Origin: Halomicronema hongdechloris C2206
GTDB lineage: Bacteria > Cyanobacteriota > Cyanobacteriia > Phormidesmidales > Phormidesmidaceae
Direction of reading: 5' to 3'
NCBI RefSeq assembly: GCF_002075285.3
Contig: NZ_CP021983.2
Coordinates: 2,370,001-2,402,000 of the forward strand
DNA length: 32,000 nucleotides
The position numbers were made by a program, and so were the translations under genes. This document shows, piece after piece, positions 9,032 to 17,233 of this stretch; positions within the stretch are counted from its first letter, which is position 1; each line of letters begins with the position of its first letter. Under the pieces are notes generated by a model. That model saw only the letters and a list, made by a program, of their open reading frames with translations, was not told where the DNA came from and did no database searches.

Positions 9032-11398
9032 TCAATCAGATGGCGGCAATTCGCTGCTGTCGGCAGGATCAGGGGCGGTTTCAGGGACCGTGAGGCTGTC
9101 GCCGGGGGAGAAGAGCCCTTCTAACGCGGGGGCGGTGTCATCCAGGTCTCGCAGAATGGCAGGAGCCCGTTCTGGGTCTGACTCAAAAATAGCCGTCAGG
9201 CTATCATCGAGGGTTTCTGCCATGGCGATGCGATTTTGGTGAACAACGATGACCCGAGCCAGGGAAGGAAGTGGGGTTTGTTCGGCGACCAGATAGAGGG
9301 GTTCCACGTACAACAGCGACTGTTCGATGGGAATCACCAGCAAATTCCCTTGCTGGGCCCGAGAGCCTTGGGTATTCCATAGGGAGATCCGTTGCGAGAT
9401 CGCCGGATCTTGGTTGATGCGGGCTTCGATCTGCTCAGGCCCGAACACCAACTCTTGTTTAGGAAAGCGATAGAGCAAGCGACGTCCGTAGCGATCGCCG
9501 TCAGAACGGGCCGCTAACCAGGCCACCAGGTTATTGCGCTCTGCTGGGGTGAAAAGGCGCAGCAAAATAAATTCTTCGGTGTCTTCCTGGGGCAATTTCA
9601 TAATCAGATAGTAGGGCTCGACCCGTTGCGCCTCATCGGCGTAGATCTCATTGGGAGCCCGCCACTGATCTTCGCGGTTATAGAATACCTGCGGATCGGT
9701 CATGTGGTAGGTCATCAGCTGATCTGCCTGCACCTGGAAGAGATCTTGGGGATAGCGCAGGTGCGATCGCAAGGTCGGGGGAATATCGGCCAGGGGATGA
9801 AACATCCCGGGCAAGAGCCGACTCCAGGTGCGAATGATCGGATCCTCGGGATCGGCAACAAAGAAACCGACGGTGCCATGATAGGCATCGACTATGACTT
9901 TGACGGAGTTGCGAATGTAGTTGAAATCATTGCCACCCGGATCGGAGTAGGGATAGCGATCACTGGTGGTATAAGCATCGAGGATCCAGAACAGAGTGTG
10001 TTTGCCGGCGGTCGCTGAGGCAGGGGCAGAGGTATCCGTGCCCCAAGTCAGCGACGTATTGCCGATGTCAGCCACCGCCAGATAGGGATCCTCATCAAAG
10101 CGCAGGAAGGGGGCCAAAGCCATCACCCGGTCGGTAATGCTGCGGCGATAGAGCAATTGGGTCTGGGGGGTGAAATCCTCCGTGAAGAGCATGCGCCAAT
10201 CCCCCAGGTGCTTAGCAAATAGCAGCCGTTGCCAGTAGCGACCGATGGCAATACCAGCCTGCCCTCGGTAGCGAGTATAGACATTGTCAGCCCCACCGGG
10301 GTAATCCAGCTCCAGCACCTCGGTGTCGGTCATGACATAGGTGTCGGTGAGTTCGCCAAAATAAATCTGGGGATCCCCCACCGGAATGCTGTAGCGAACG
10401 GTGTCACTGCTGGCGTCGTGATCAATGCCTTTGATGAAATAGGCCGGTAAGCCGTCCGGGTTGGCAGTGTTGACCGGGCTGATGGTGAAGCCATAGCCAT
10501 GGGTATAGACTAAATGCTCGTTCACCCAGGTCTTAGCGATATCGGGCACCTGGGCGTAGTTGAGCTCCCGGGCCGAGATCAACACCTGGCGCCGATCGAT
10601 GGTCCCGTCCGCGTTCAGCAGGCGATAGCGATCCACATCGGCATCCCGAAACTCGTAGTAGAGGCGAATCTCCTGGAGTTGGCGGTTGCTCTCTAGCAGG
10701 GGCCGCGTATCCCACAGGCGCACATTGTCTAGGGTGAGATGATTGCGCTCTAGGTCGGCGGAGGACAGCGACCCACTGGGGGCAAAGGGTTCGACATCAA
10801 TATCAACCAGGTCGAAGGCATCCCGGGTCAGGGCGATGGACCGTTCGATATAGGGAGTCTCTCGCTCTAGCTCATTGGGCTGAACCACCAGGCGTTGCAC
10901 CAGAGGCGGCAGCATCAGGGTGCCGATCAGCGCCAGGAGCAAATACCCCACGACTCCCCAGAGAATGGGATGGGATGTCATCGGCAGGTGAGGAATAGCG
11001 GGGAGATGATCCCCTTTGCCCTGGCCGATTAGCTGCAGCCACACTACCAAGCCCCGCAGGCTGACGCCCCAGAACAGCGACCGCCACAGTAGTCCCAAGC
11101 CCAGTATTAAGGCGATGGCTGCCAGGGCTGTGTTGACGGGCAAACTGACATGGACATCGGTGTAGCTGGCGCCATAGACGACGCTTTCACTCGAGAACAG
11201 CAGCTGATAGCGGGCTAACCAGTGGTTGAGGCTGGTGCAGAGCAGCAAGGCACTGGCGAGAGCATAGAGATGGCGTTTTTGGGCTAGGGTAAAGCCGAAG
11301 AACTGGCCCTGGCTCAGGGTATTGCTAGGCAGTAGATAGACCAGGAGTACGGCGGCTACGGTGAAGAAACACATCCCCAGCAGCCAAAAATTTAGCAC
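9032..11398 (-). CDS. UPF0182 family membrane protein, C-terminal 788-aa fragment of a frameshifted gene
   Basis: Large ORF with TM helices followed by a long soluble region. Extending its frame upstream gives RYIFYLPLWEVLNFWLL, which continues the DPLFQQDIS motif that ends the upstream ORF. Confidence 0.85.
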   Translation of the reverse strand: MLNFWLLGMCFFTVAAVLLVYLLPSNTLSQGQFFGFTLAQKRHLYALASALLLCTSLNHWLARYQLLFSSESVVYGASYTDVHVSLPVNTALAAIALILGLGLLWRSLFWGVSLRGLVVWLQLIGQGKGDHLPAIPHLPMTSHPILWGVVGYLLLALIGTLMLPPLVQRLVVQPNELERETPYIERSIALTRDAFDLVDIDVEPFAPSGSLSSADLERNHLTLDNVRLWDTRPLLESNRQLQEIRLYYEFRDADVDRYRLLNADGTIDRRQVLISARELNYAQVPDIAKTWVNEHLVYTHGYGFTISPVNTANPDGLPAYFIKGIDHDASSDTVRYSIPVGDPQIYFGELTDTYVMTDTEVLELDYPGGADNVYTRYRGQAGIAIGRYWQRLLFAKHLGDWRMLFTEDFTPQTQLLYRRSITDRVMALAPFLRFDEDPYLAVADIGNTSLTWGTDTSAPASATAGKHTLFWILDAYTTSDRYPYSDPGGNDFNYIRNSVKVIVDAYHGTVGFFVADPEDPIIRTWSRLLPGMFHPLADIPPTLRSHLRYPQDLFQVQADQLMTYHMTDPQVFYNREDQWRAPNEIYADEAQRVEPYYLIMKLPQEDTEEFILLRLFTPAERNNLVAWLAARSDGDRYGRRLLYRFPKQELVFGPEQIEARINQDPAISQRISLWNTQGSRAQQGNLLVIPIEQSLLYVEPLYLVAEQTPLPSLARVIVVHQNRIAMAETLDDSLTAIFESDPERAPAILRDLDDTAPALEGLFSPGDSLTVPETAPDPADSSELPPSD

Positions 11399-12087
11399 CT
11401 CCCACAGAGGCAGATAGAAAATATAGCGCTGATGTCCTGCTGAAATAGGGGATCTGACTGGTCAAAGGAGACTGGATTCAGGGCCGGCAACACTCGAGTC
11501 CACTGCTCCGAGAGCACTGCTCCAAAGCCCAAACTCATCAGTAGGGCGGCGACTAGGGTTAGCCCTTGGGGATAGATGACCAGTGCGATCGCACCCACCA
11601 CCAGGGCAATGATTTGCCAGGGTTGCACCAGCAGTAACTGCAGCACCTCCAAGGCCGAGGTTGGTTTTGCCCACAGCGGTAGCGGTGGCGTTCCGGTGTA
11701 GAGGGTGGTGCTGGGCTGCCAGTGGCTAGCGGCCACATGGCCGTGATACAGCAGTTGAATCCCGATCAGCAGCCCCAACCCTAGCCCTAAGGCCAATAGC
11801 GATCGCAACCCCAGCACCGGCGACGATGCAGGCGACGCGTCTGCGTGGCCTTTGGCCCAGCTGATGTTGCCCCAAATGAACCCCAGGCTCACCCCAAAAG
11901 CCACCAACGCCAGCCCTGCTTGAGCCTGTAGTCGCAGCCAGAACACACTGAGATAGTTGAGATCCTGAAACCAGAGCCCCTCCGCCACAATATCGCTCAC
12001 CACCGTTAGCACCAGTACCAGGAGTCCCATCCACCCCAGATACCGCCAAATAGGATGCTTAAATGCCTTGCTCGCAGCGCCTACCAT
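11392..12087 (-). CDS. UPF0182 family membrane protein, N-terminal 231-aa fragment of a frameshifted gene
   Basis: A multi-TM N-terminus with EGLWFQDLNYLSVFW matches the WLWF..LGY..VF motif of UPF0182 N-termini. It overlaps the downstream fragment by 7 nt in a different frame. Confidence 0.8.
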   Translation of the reverse strand: MVGAASKAFKHPIWRYLGWMGLLVLVLTVVSDIVAEGLWFQDLNYLSVFWLRLQAQAGLALVAFGVSLGFIWGNISWAKGHADASPASSPVLGLRSLLALGLGLGLLIGIQLLYHGHVAASHWQPSTTLYTGTPPLPLWAKPTSALEVLQLLLVQPWQIIALVVGAIALVIYPQGLTLVAALLMSLGFGAVLSEQWTRVLPALNPVSFDQSDPLFQQDISAIFSICLCGRC

Positions 12088-12138
12088 GCCATGCCCAACG
12101 CCTTACTGACTAGCATCCTAGCGTGAGGGGACCAGGCC

Positions 12139-12834
12139 TTAGTCAGGACAAGTCTGATTGGCAAAATCACATTGAAAGATATAAGGTTCTTGCCAGTGCA
12201 GCGGAATCTCCAGCAAATCGCGGGTACCGGTGATTCCTTGGCTGATGAATAGCAGCACCGCTACTGTATTCAACACCACATGGGTGCGGCGCCAGGTCAG
12301 CGAACGATAGATATCTGGCAAAATGGCCAGGGAAAAAATCATCAGCAGCGCCGCCGCCATGCCGAAGTAATAGTGAGAGACGTACCACTCATAGGTGCGG
12401 CGGAACACGCCGTCTTGGCTGCCTAAGATCACCAATCCCATGCCCGTCAAAATGGCAAATATGGCTCGCCAAACCCGACTGCGGGCGCGGTATAGCAACG
12501 CCAGCACCGCAATCGTCAACCCAAACATGAGCCCAATAAACACCACCTGAAATGGCTGCTCCGCCCAGACCTGATTCTGGATGATGTTTTTGAAAATCGG
12601 ATGGGCCAGCCCTAACAAAGCCAATCCCACCACTGCCCCGGCTAGCCAGCGGCCGATTTTGACGTGTTCCTGACCGACAACCGGCGGAATTTTCGTCTTG
12701 TCCTTATCGGCCAGCTGCAGCCGCCGTTGCCGAGTCTGGGTAGCAAAATAGGTGGCAATCCCCACCAGCGGTAGCACGACCACCACCGCCAACATCGGAT
12801 GCAACAGCCGCAAGAGATCGGGAGTATCTAACAT
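12139..12834 (-). CDS. Integral membrane protein, DUF4079-like (cyanobacterial/plastid-lineage family)
   Basis: 231-aa ORF with about 6 predicted TM helices. It begins LLRLLHPMLAVVVVLPL, as I recall for DUF4079. The family assignment is from memory, not a search. Confidence 0.75.
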   Translation of the reverse strand: MLDTPDLLRLLHPMLAVVVVLPLVGIATYFATQTRQRRLQLADKDKTKIPPVVGQEHVKIGRWLAGAVVGLALLGLAHPIFKNIIQNQVWAEQPFQVVFIGLMFGLTIAVLALLYRARSRVWRAIFAILTGMGLVILGSQDGVFRRTYEWYVSHYYFGMAAALLMIFSLAILPDIYRSLTWRRTHVVLNTVAVLLFISQGITGTRDLLEIPLHWQEPYIFQCDFANQTCPD

Positions 12835-13081
12835 GGCACCTCTGGAGGCAAACGGTAGGGCTTACAACATCGAATCGCAGACCACAATAACCGGCTGCCC
12901 CCAACTCTAAACCGCTCACCTTAACCAGGGCTGAGAGCAACCGGGTTTATTCTACGTCGGGCTTTTGCTGGAAACAGTATTCTGTGTAAATCTGCCCCTT
13001 GCGATCGCATCTGGTAAGGCTGTCCCTAGTAGACTGTGGCACCAGTTTGCCCGCTATAGCGACAGGCAGAGACAGAAGGCA

Positions 13082-13165
13082 GATGGGTGGATGGGCTTGC
13101 CCTGAGCTTGTCGAAGGGTGGATGGGTAGATGGGTAGGCGGGTAGGCGAGTAGCGGGTAAAGGGT
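13082..13165 (-). repeat. Composite short-repeat element: GATGGGT/GGTAGGC-type units flanking the core cttgccctgagcttgtcgaaggg
   Basis: Plus strand: gatgggtggatggg-cttgccctgagcttgtcgaaggg-tggatgggtagatgggtaggcgggtaggcgagtagcgggtaaagggtg. The reverse complement gives TACCCGC TACTCGC CTACCCAT CTACCCAT ... CCCATCCACCCATC, which resembles the array at 1573-1692. Confidence 0.8.
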
Positions 13166-13437
13166 GCAAGGTTTAAGGGGACAGGACAGGGAACAGGAAA
13201 AAGTCCCTCGCATCCCTGCTGATGCGACGCGATCTAGCGCCACTGATCGACCAGCCCTTCCGCAGGTCCAGGGCGGCGGCACGCCCTGGTCGTAGGGGTC
13301 CGGGGGAAGCGACATTCCCCCGGGTGAGCACCCCGAGCTACACAATTAAGTGCGGTTAAGTGCGGTCTTATCGGGGTCTAGCACTGCTGCTCGACATACC
13401 CTGCCACAAGGCCCAAAGATGAAGTGGTGGGATAATA

Positions 13438-14208
13438 CTAGCTTGTCCAAAGCTTAAAGCGCCCCAAGTGATTCTCCACCAACCCAGGTAACTGCCGCTT
13501 CAGATCGGCCTGATTTTTAAATGTCAGCCGGTTTTGACTGGGCAGGTCAAAGGGAAAGTGGCCCGGCAAGTCGCTACGCTCCAGTTGGGTCAACAAGACC
13601 TGCTCCGTTCGCTTGCACTGCAGGGCATAGCCCATCTCCACACAGACCTTAGGACTGGGAATCAGCTGCGGCGGCGTTCCCGGCACTTGGGTAATGGCGG
13701 TGCCGTCGGCAATGAACAACAAACAGCGGCGAATCTTGCGCACTAAGGCACTGCTTAAGCGGGCTGGCCCCTCACTGAGGCGATGGGACTCTTCCAGGGT
13801 CAGCGGAATGCGGGAACGGCGATTGAGCCGCTTGATCAGGTCCTGCAGCATCGCCCGCAACATCTCTGCCGACGCCGGATAGTCATCCTGATAACAGAGA
13901 AAGATGGTGGGATCCAGATGGGCCATGACATCTTGCTTGGTGAAATAGATCTCATGGCTGATCAGATCGATATTGGAGATGGCATAGCCACCACTGCCCT
14001 CAATGTAGAACTCTACTGTCTCTCCCGCCAAATAGCGCTGAAACCACTGCGCCTGCCGAACCTCATCACTATCTTCCAGGAAGTCGGCTCGCAGCCCTGA
14101 TTTCAGCAGGCTATTCTTGCTCAGACGCAGATCATGGGGGCGCCGCTCCAACTCTTGAACCGGCTCGTAGGCATCGATATACCAAGCTTTTAGCGCAATG
14201 ATGGCCAT
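13438..14208 (-). CDS. Hypothetical protein: unknown N-terminal domain plus a TIR-like / nucleoside 2-deoxyribosyltransferase-like C-terminal domain (inferred)
   Basis: 256-aa ORF with codon usage like its neighbours. The C-terminal half carries three motifs in the order expected for the flavodoxin-like TIR/NDT fold. These are TIFLCYQDD (res 101-109, cf. vFISYshdD), CLLFIADGTAI (162-172, cf. fAvvLlTpDD) and KVCVEMGYAL (187-196, cf. the catalytic-Glu motif xxxE(L/I)GYA). Confidence 0.8.
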   Translation of the reverse strand: MAIIALKAWYIDAYEPVQELERRPHDLRLSKNSLLKSGLRADFLEDSDEVRQAQWFQRYLAGETVEFYIEGSGGYAISNIDLISHEIYFTKQDVMAHLDPTIFLCYQDDYPASAEMLRAMLQDLIKRLNRRSRIPLTLEESHRLSEGPARLSSALVRKIRRCLLFIADGTAITQVPGTPPQLIPSPKVCVEMGYALQCKRTEQVLLTQLERSDLPGHFPFDLPSQNRLTFKNQADLKRQLPGLVENHLGRFKLWTS

Positions 14209-14836
14209 GACCTGTCTGTCTCGCGATGGGCACTCAGGTGAGGCAATTTAAAGCGACAACAGCACCCGATGCTTACTCCAAGGGACTTCCTCACGTTTCC
14301 TGATCCTATATGGAGTTGGCGATCCAGCAAACTTCAATCTTGAAGCAGCGAGGCCATTAACTCCCAGTTATTCAGTATAGGAAGTATCAGATCCAAGTTC
14401 GGATGCTGTTGTGTTTTGAGCGAGACAGATGAAATGAAACAGCTCGTTTACCTCTTTTGCTTGTGTTTACAGTTGGCTTTGGTGGCTGTTTTATCTGCCA
14501 GGGAGGTTTCTCAACCTCAATTTCAATATACTCCTTTTTGCTGACAATTCAATTGCCTGACACCAAAGTTAATCTTGATGGAAGTGCTACTATATTTCTA
14601 TTTTTTAAGCGAGACAGAATTTGAGCCTGATTAGCGTAATAATAAAATCACCCTACTTTTTCTCTGATTGTCTACGATCTATCCTATTTTTTATCTAGGT
14701 CAGTTTCGGTTGACTGGCAAAAATTCTCGGCTGTTGGCTAGAATCTGCGCCTATGACGCCCTGCCTATACAGAAGAAAACCTGCCTGCGTAGGGTTTCAG
14801 CTCAGTAAGATCAAGTCAGTGAGTCTATAATTGCTC

Positions 14837-14984
14837 GTTGACTGACAAAACTTGTGCATAGATTCTTGAAATGCATAGATTCTCGAAAGACTATCCAAAG
14901 GGTCAGGGAACCTGCCCCCTATAGCATCCGAAATCTGGTAAGGGCGCGGAAACCGCGCCCAATGCAGATCTTTTGTCAGTCAAC
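14837..14984. repeat. 148-bp element bounded by perfect 14-bp inverted repeats GTTGACTGACAAAA (MITE-like or long-range stem)
   Basis: gttgactgacaaaa is at 14837-14850 and its exact reverse complement ttttgtcagtcaac is at 14971-14984. The interior has the tandem gcatagattctYgaaa x2 and an 8-bp GC hairpin. A third near-copy, gttgactgGcaaaa-attctcgg, at 14709-14730 looks like an internally deleted version. Confidence 0.4.
14942..14960 (-). terminator. Strong GC hairpin (gggcgcgg-aaa-ccgcgccc) 41 nt downstream of pheS; probable pheS terminator
   Basis: Perfect 8-bp stem with a 3-nt loop. The minus strand continues ttaccagattt, which is only moderately U-rich. Confidence 0.5.
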
Positions 14985-15000
14985 CAGGCTCTGGGTTCAC

Positions 15001-16002
15001 TTAAAACTGCCGCAAGAATCGCAGATCGCTGGCGTAGAGGCGACGAATGTCGTCGATCTGGTGCTGGACCATGGCCAGGCGCTCGACCCCGAGCCCAGCA
15101 GCGAAGCCACTGTACACTTCCGGATCGTAGCCGACGGCTTCGAGCACATTGGGGTCAATCATGCCACAACCCAGCACTTCCAGCCATTTGCCCTGCCATT
15201 TCACATCCACCTCGGCTGAGGGTTCGGTGAAGGGGAAGAAGCTGGGACGAAAGCGGATGGGAATGTCGCCATAGAGGGCTTCGATGAAGACCTTGATGGT
15301 GCCTTTGAGGTCCGAGAAGGTGATGCCCCGATCGACGGCGAAAAACTCGATTTGGTGAAAGACGGCGGCGTGGGTAGCATCGACCGTATCACGCCGGTAA
15401 CATCGCCCCGTGGCCAGCACCCGCATGGGGGGGGCGTGGTCTTCCATGTAGCGGATCTGAATGTTGGAGGTGTGGGTGCGCATCAGATCGCCGTTGTCTA
15501 AGTAGAGGGTGTCCTGCATGTCCCGAGCGGGGTGGTCGGGCAGGAAGTTCAGGGCCTCGAAGTTGTAGTAATCGGTTTCGACTTCGGGACCTTCGGCGAC
15601 GGTATAGCCCAGGCCTATAAAGATCTCGGTAATGCGATCGATGATGCCATTGATGGGATGCACCCGACCTTGGGGAATGAAAACCCCTGGCATAGATACA
15701 TCGATGGTTTCAGCCTCTAGCTGGGCGTCAATCTGAGCCGCTTCTAGGGCAGCCTTGCGCGCTTCTAGGTGGCGCTGCAGGGTCTCTTTGACTGTGTTGG
15801 CCAGGGCCCCGATGCGAGGACGTTCGGCGGCGGGCAGTTTGCCCATGCCACCTAGGATTTTGGAGAGTTGCCCTTTCTTGCCCAGATAGGATACCCGCAG
15901 CTGATTCAGCTCATCCAGGGTCGTCGTGGTTGCGATCGCATCGGCAGCGGTCGCCTCCAGGGCAGTCAGTTGAGTTTCTAGATCTGTCAGCTGTGAGGTC
16001 AT
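15001..16002 (-). CDS. pheS: Phenylalanine--tRNA ligase alpha subunit
   Basis: 333-aa ORF with an N-terminal coiled-coil ([12 protein letters not shown]) and class II aaRS motifs ([25 protein letters not shown]). Confidence 0.96.
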   Translation of the reverse strand: MTSQLTDLETQLTALEATAADAIATTTTLDELNQLRVSYLGKKGQLSKILGGMGKLPAAERPRIGALANTVKETLQRHLEARKAALEAAQIDAQLEAETIDVSMPGVFIPQGRVHPINGIIDRITEIFIGLGYTVAEGPEVETDYYNFEALNFLPDHPARDMQDTLYLDNGDLMRTHTSNIQIRYMEDHAPPMRVLATGRCYRRDTVDATHAAVFHQIEFFAVDRGITFSDLKGTIKVFIEALYGDIPIRFRPSFFPFTEPSAEVDVKWQGKWLEVLGCGMIDPNVLEAVGYDPEVYSGFAAGLGVERLAMVQHQIDDIRRLYASDLRFLRQF

Positions 16003-16118
16003 GGGAGCAGCGGTTACCTTAGCACTGGGCCGAGTTATTAGTTTAGTGTATTGGGTCCATGGCCGCGTTTAAATAGAGACCATCAAGAGTGACCAGTCCC
16101 GGGTCACCTGCACGCCCT

Positions 16119-16931
16119 ATGAACATTCTGATCAGCAATGACGACGGCATTTTTGCCCAGGGCATTCGCACCTTAGCCAACACCTTAGCTGCCGCCAACC
16201 ACCAGGTCACCGTAGTGTGTCCTGACCGGGAGCGCTCGGCCACTGGCCACGGCCTCACCCTGCACAAGCCGATTCGAGCCGACCAGGTAGAGTCGGTCTT
16301 CCACAGCCGTGTAGACGCCTGGGCCTGCTCGGGTACCCCAGCCGACTGCGTCAAACTGGGCCTAGGGGCAATTCTGGACCATCCTCCCGATATCGTCCTA
16401 GCTGGTATCAACCATGGCCCTAACCTGGGCACCGATGTGCTCTACTCCGGCACCGTGTCCGCCGCCATGGAGGGCATCATCGAAGGGATTCCAGCCATTG
16501 CCTTCAGTTTGGCTAGTTTTAGCTGCCAGGATTTTCAACCCGCCGCCAACTTTGCCCAACACCTACTGAAGCGCCTGGGGCAGACTCCCTTGACCACGCC
16601 CCTTCTTCTCAATGTGAATGTGCCAGCCATCAGCGAGGCCAAGATCAAAGGGGTGCAGATTACCCGCCAGGGGATCCGACGCTACGTCGATCTCTTTGAA
16701 AAGCGAGTGGATCCCCGCGGCAAGACCTACTACTGGCTGGCCGGTGAAGTGCTAGAAGAGACTCATGACAAGCCCCTGGCAGAGGCCTACCCCCCCGAAA
16801 TTAGCAGGACCTTAACCGCCCTTCCGGTGGATGTCGACGTCATTCAAGACCAGTGCATCACTGTGACACCGCTGCATTACAATCTGACATCGTTGGTCGG
16901 ACTGCAGCAATTGCAGGGGTGGATGAGCTAA
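16119..16931 (+). CDS. surE: 5'/3'-nucleotidase SurE
   Basis: [20 protein letters not shown]... is the canonical SurE N-terminus. The ORF track begins at an upstream GTG (16089), and I prefer the ATG at 16119. Confidence 0.93.
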   Translation: MNILISNDDGIFAQGIRTLANTLAAANHQVTVVCPDRERSATGHGLTLHKPIRADQVESVFHSRVDAWACSGTPADCVKLGLGAILDHPPDIVLAGINHGPNLGTDVLYSGTVSAAMEGIIEGIPAIAFSLASFSCQDFQPAANFAQHLLKRLGQTPLTTPLLLNVNVPAISEAKIKGVQITRQGIRRYVDLFEKRVDPRGKTYYWLAGEVLEETHDKPLAEAYPPEISRTLTALPVDVDVIQDQCITVTPLHYNLTSLVGLQQLQGWMS

Positions 16932-17233
16932 GCTGTCTGCCATAGACCGTGATGACAAGAGGCTCCTGTTGTAGGACCTGCTGACATGGGGTGCCTCGTT
17001 ACTGCCTCCTAGGATGTCACCTGATTTGATAACGAATCATGACATTGACCTAGGCTTTGTAAAGATTGAGCCCGGGGGAATAGGATGGGGCTATGCTTGG
17101 ACCACGTAACCTCAGGCGATGCTAACCAGATCTTCATTAAGATGAATGTGTACCGCGTTTATCCTCAGGCATAAGCGGTCACATAGGGAGCACGATCGAA
17201 TCCGATGTGTTTCTGGTTTAGGTACCCATCTCG

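Noticed and set aside
11392-11465. Programmed -1 ribosomal frameshifting as the explanation for the split UPF0182 gene.
   Set aside because: The permissive window has no X XXY YYZ slippery heptamer, and I see no obvious downstream pseudoknot or hairpin. An indel, whether a mutation or an assembly error, is the simpler explanation.
13290-13342. Whether the long imperfect hairpin with ...GGUCCGGGGGAAGCGACA... is the SRP (4.5S/ffs) RNA.
   Set aside because: SRP RNA helix 8 has a GNRA tetraloop and conserved AGCA / GGAA-type loop motifs. Here the apical loop is an 8-nt agcgacat, and the flanking motifs do not match what I recall. Only a cmscan could settle it.
12947-13345. 132-aa minus-strand ORF across the GC-rich spacer.
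   Set aside because: It is made of translated short repeats and hairpins (…HPSTSSGQAHPP… is the familiar translation of the cttgccctgagcttgtcgaaggg palindrome). It is P/S/C-rich and has no plausible start context.
14854-15230. Plus-strand ORFs 14854..15219 and 14973..15230.
   Set aside because: They begin in the AT-rich spacer and run antisense through the 3' end of pheS. They have R/P-rich shadow composition and no motifs.
16043-16432. 129-aa minus-strand ORF overlapping surE.
   Set aside because: It is antisense to a confidently identified SurE ORF, and its W/R/P-rich composition is typical of a shadow frame.
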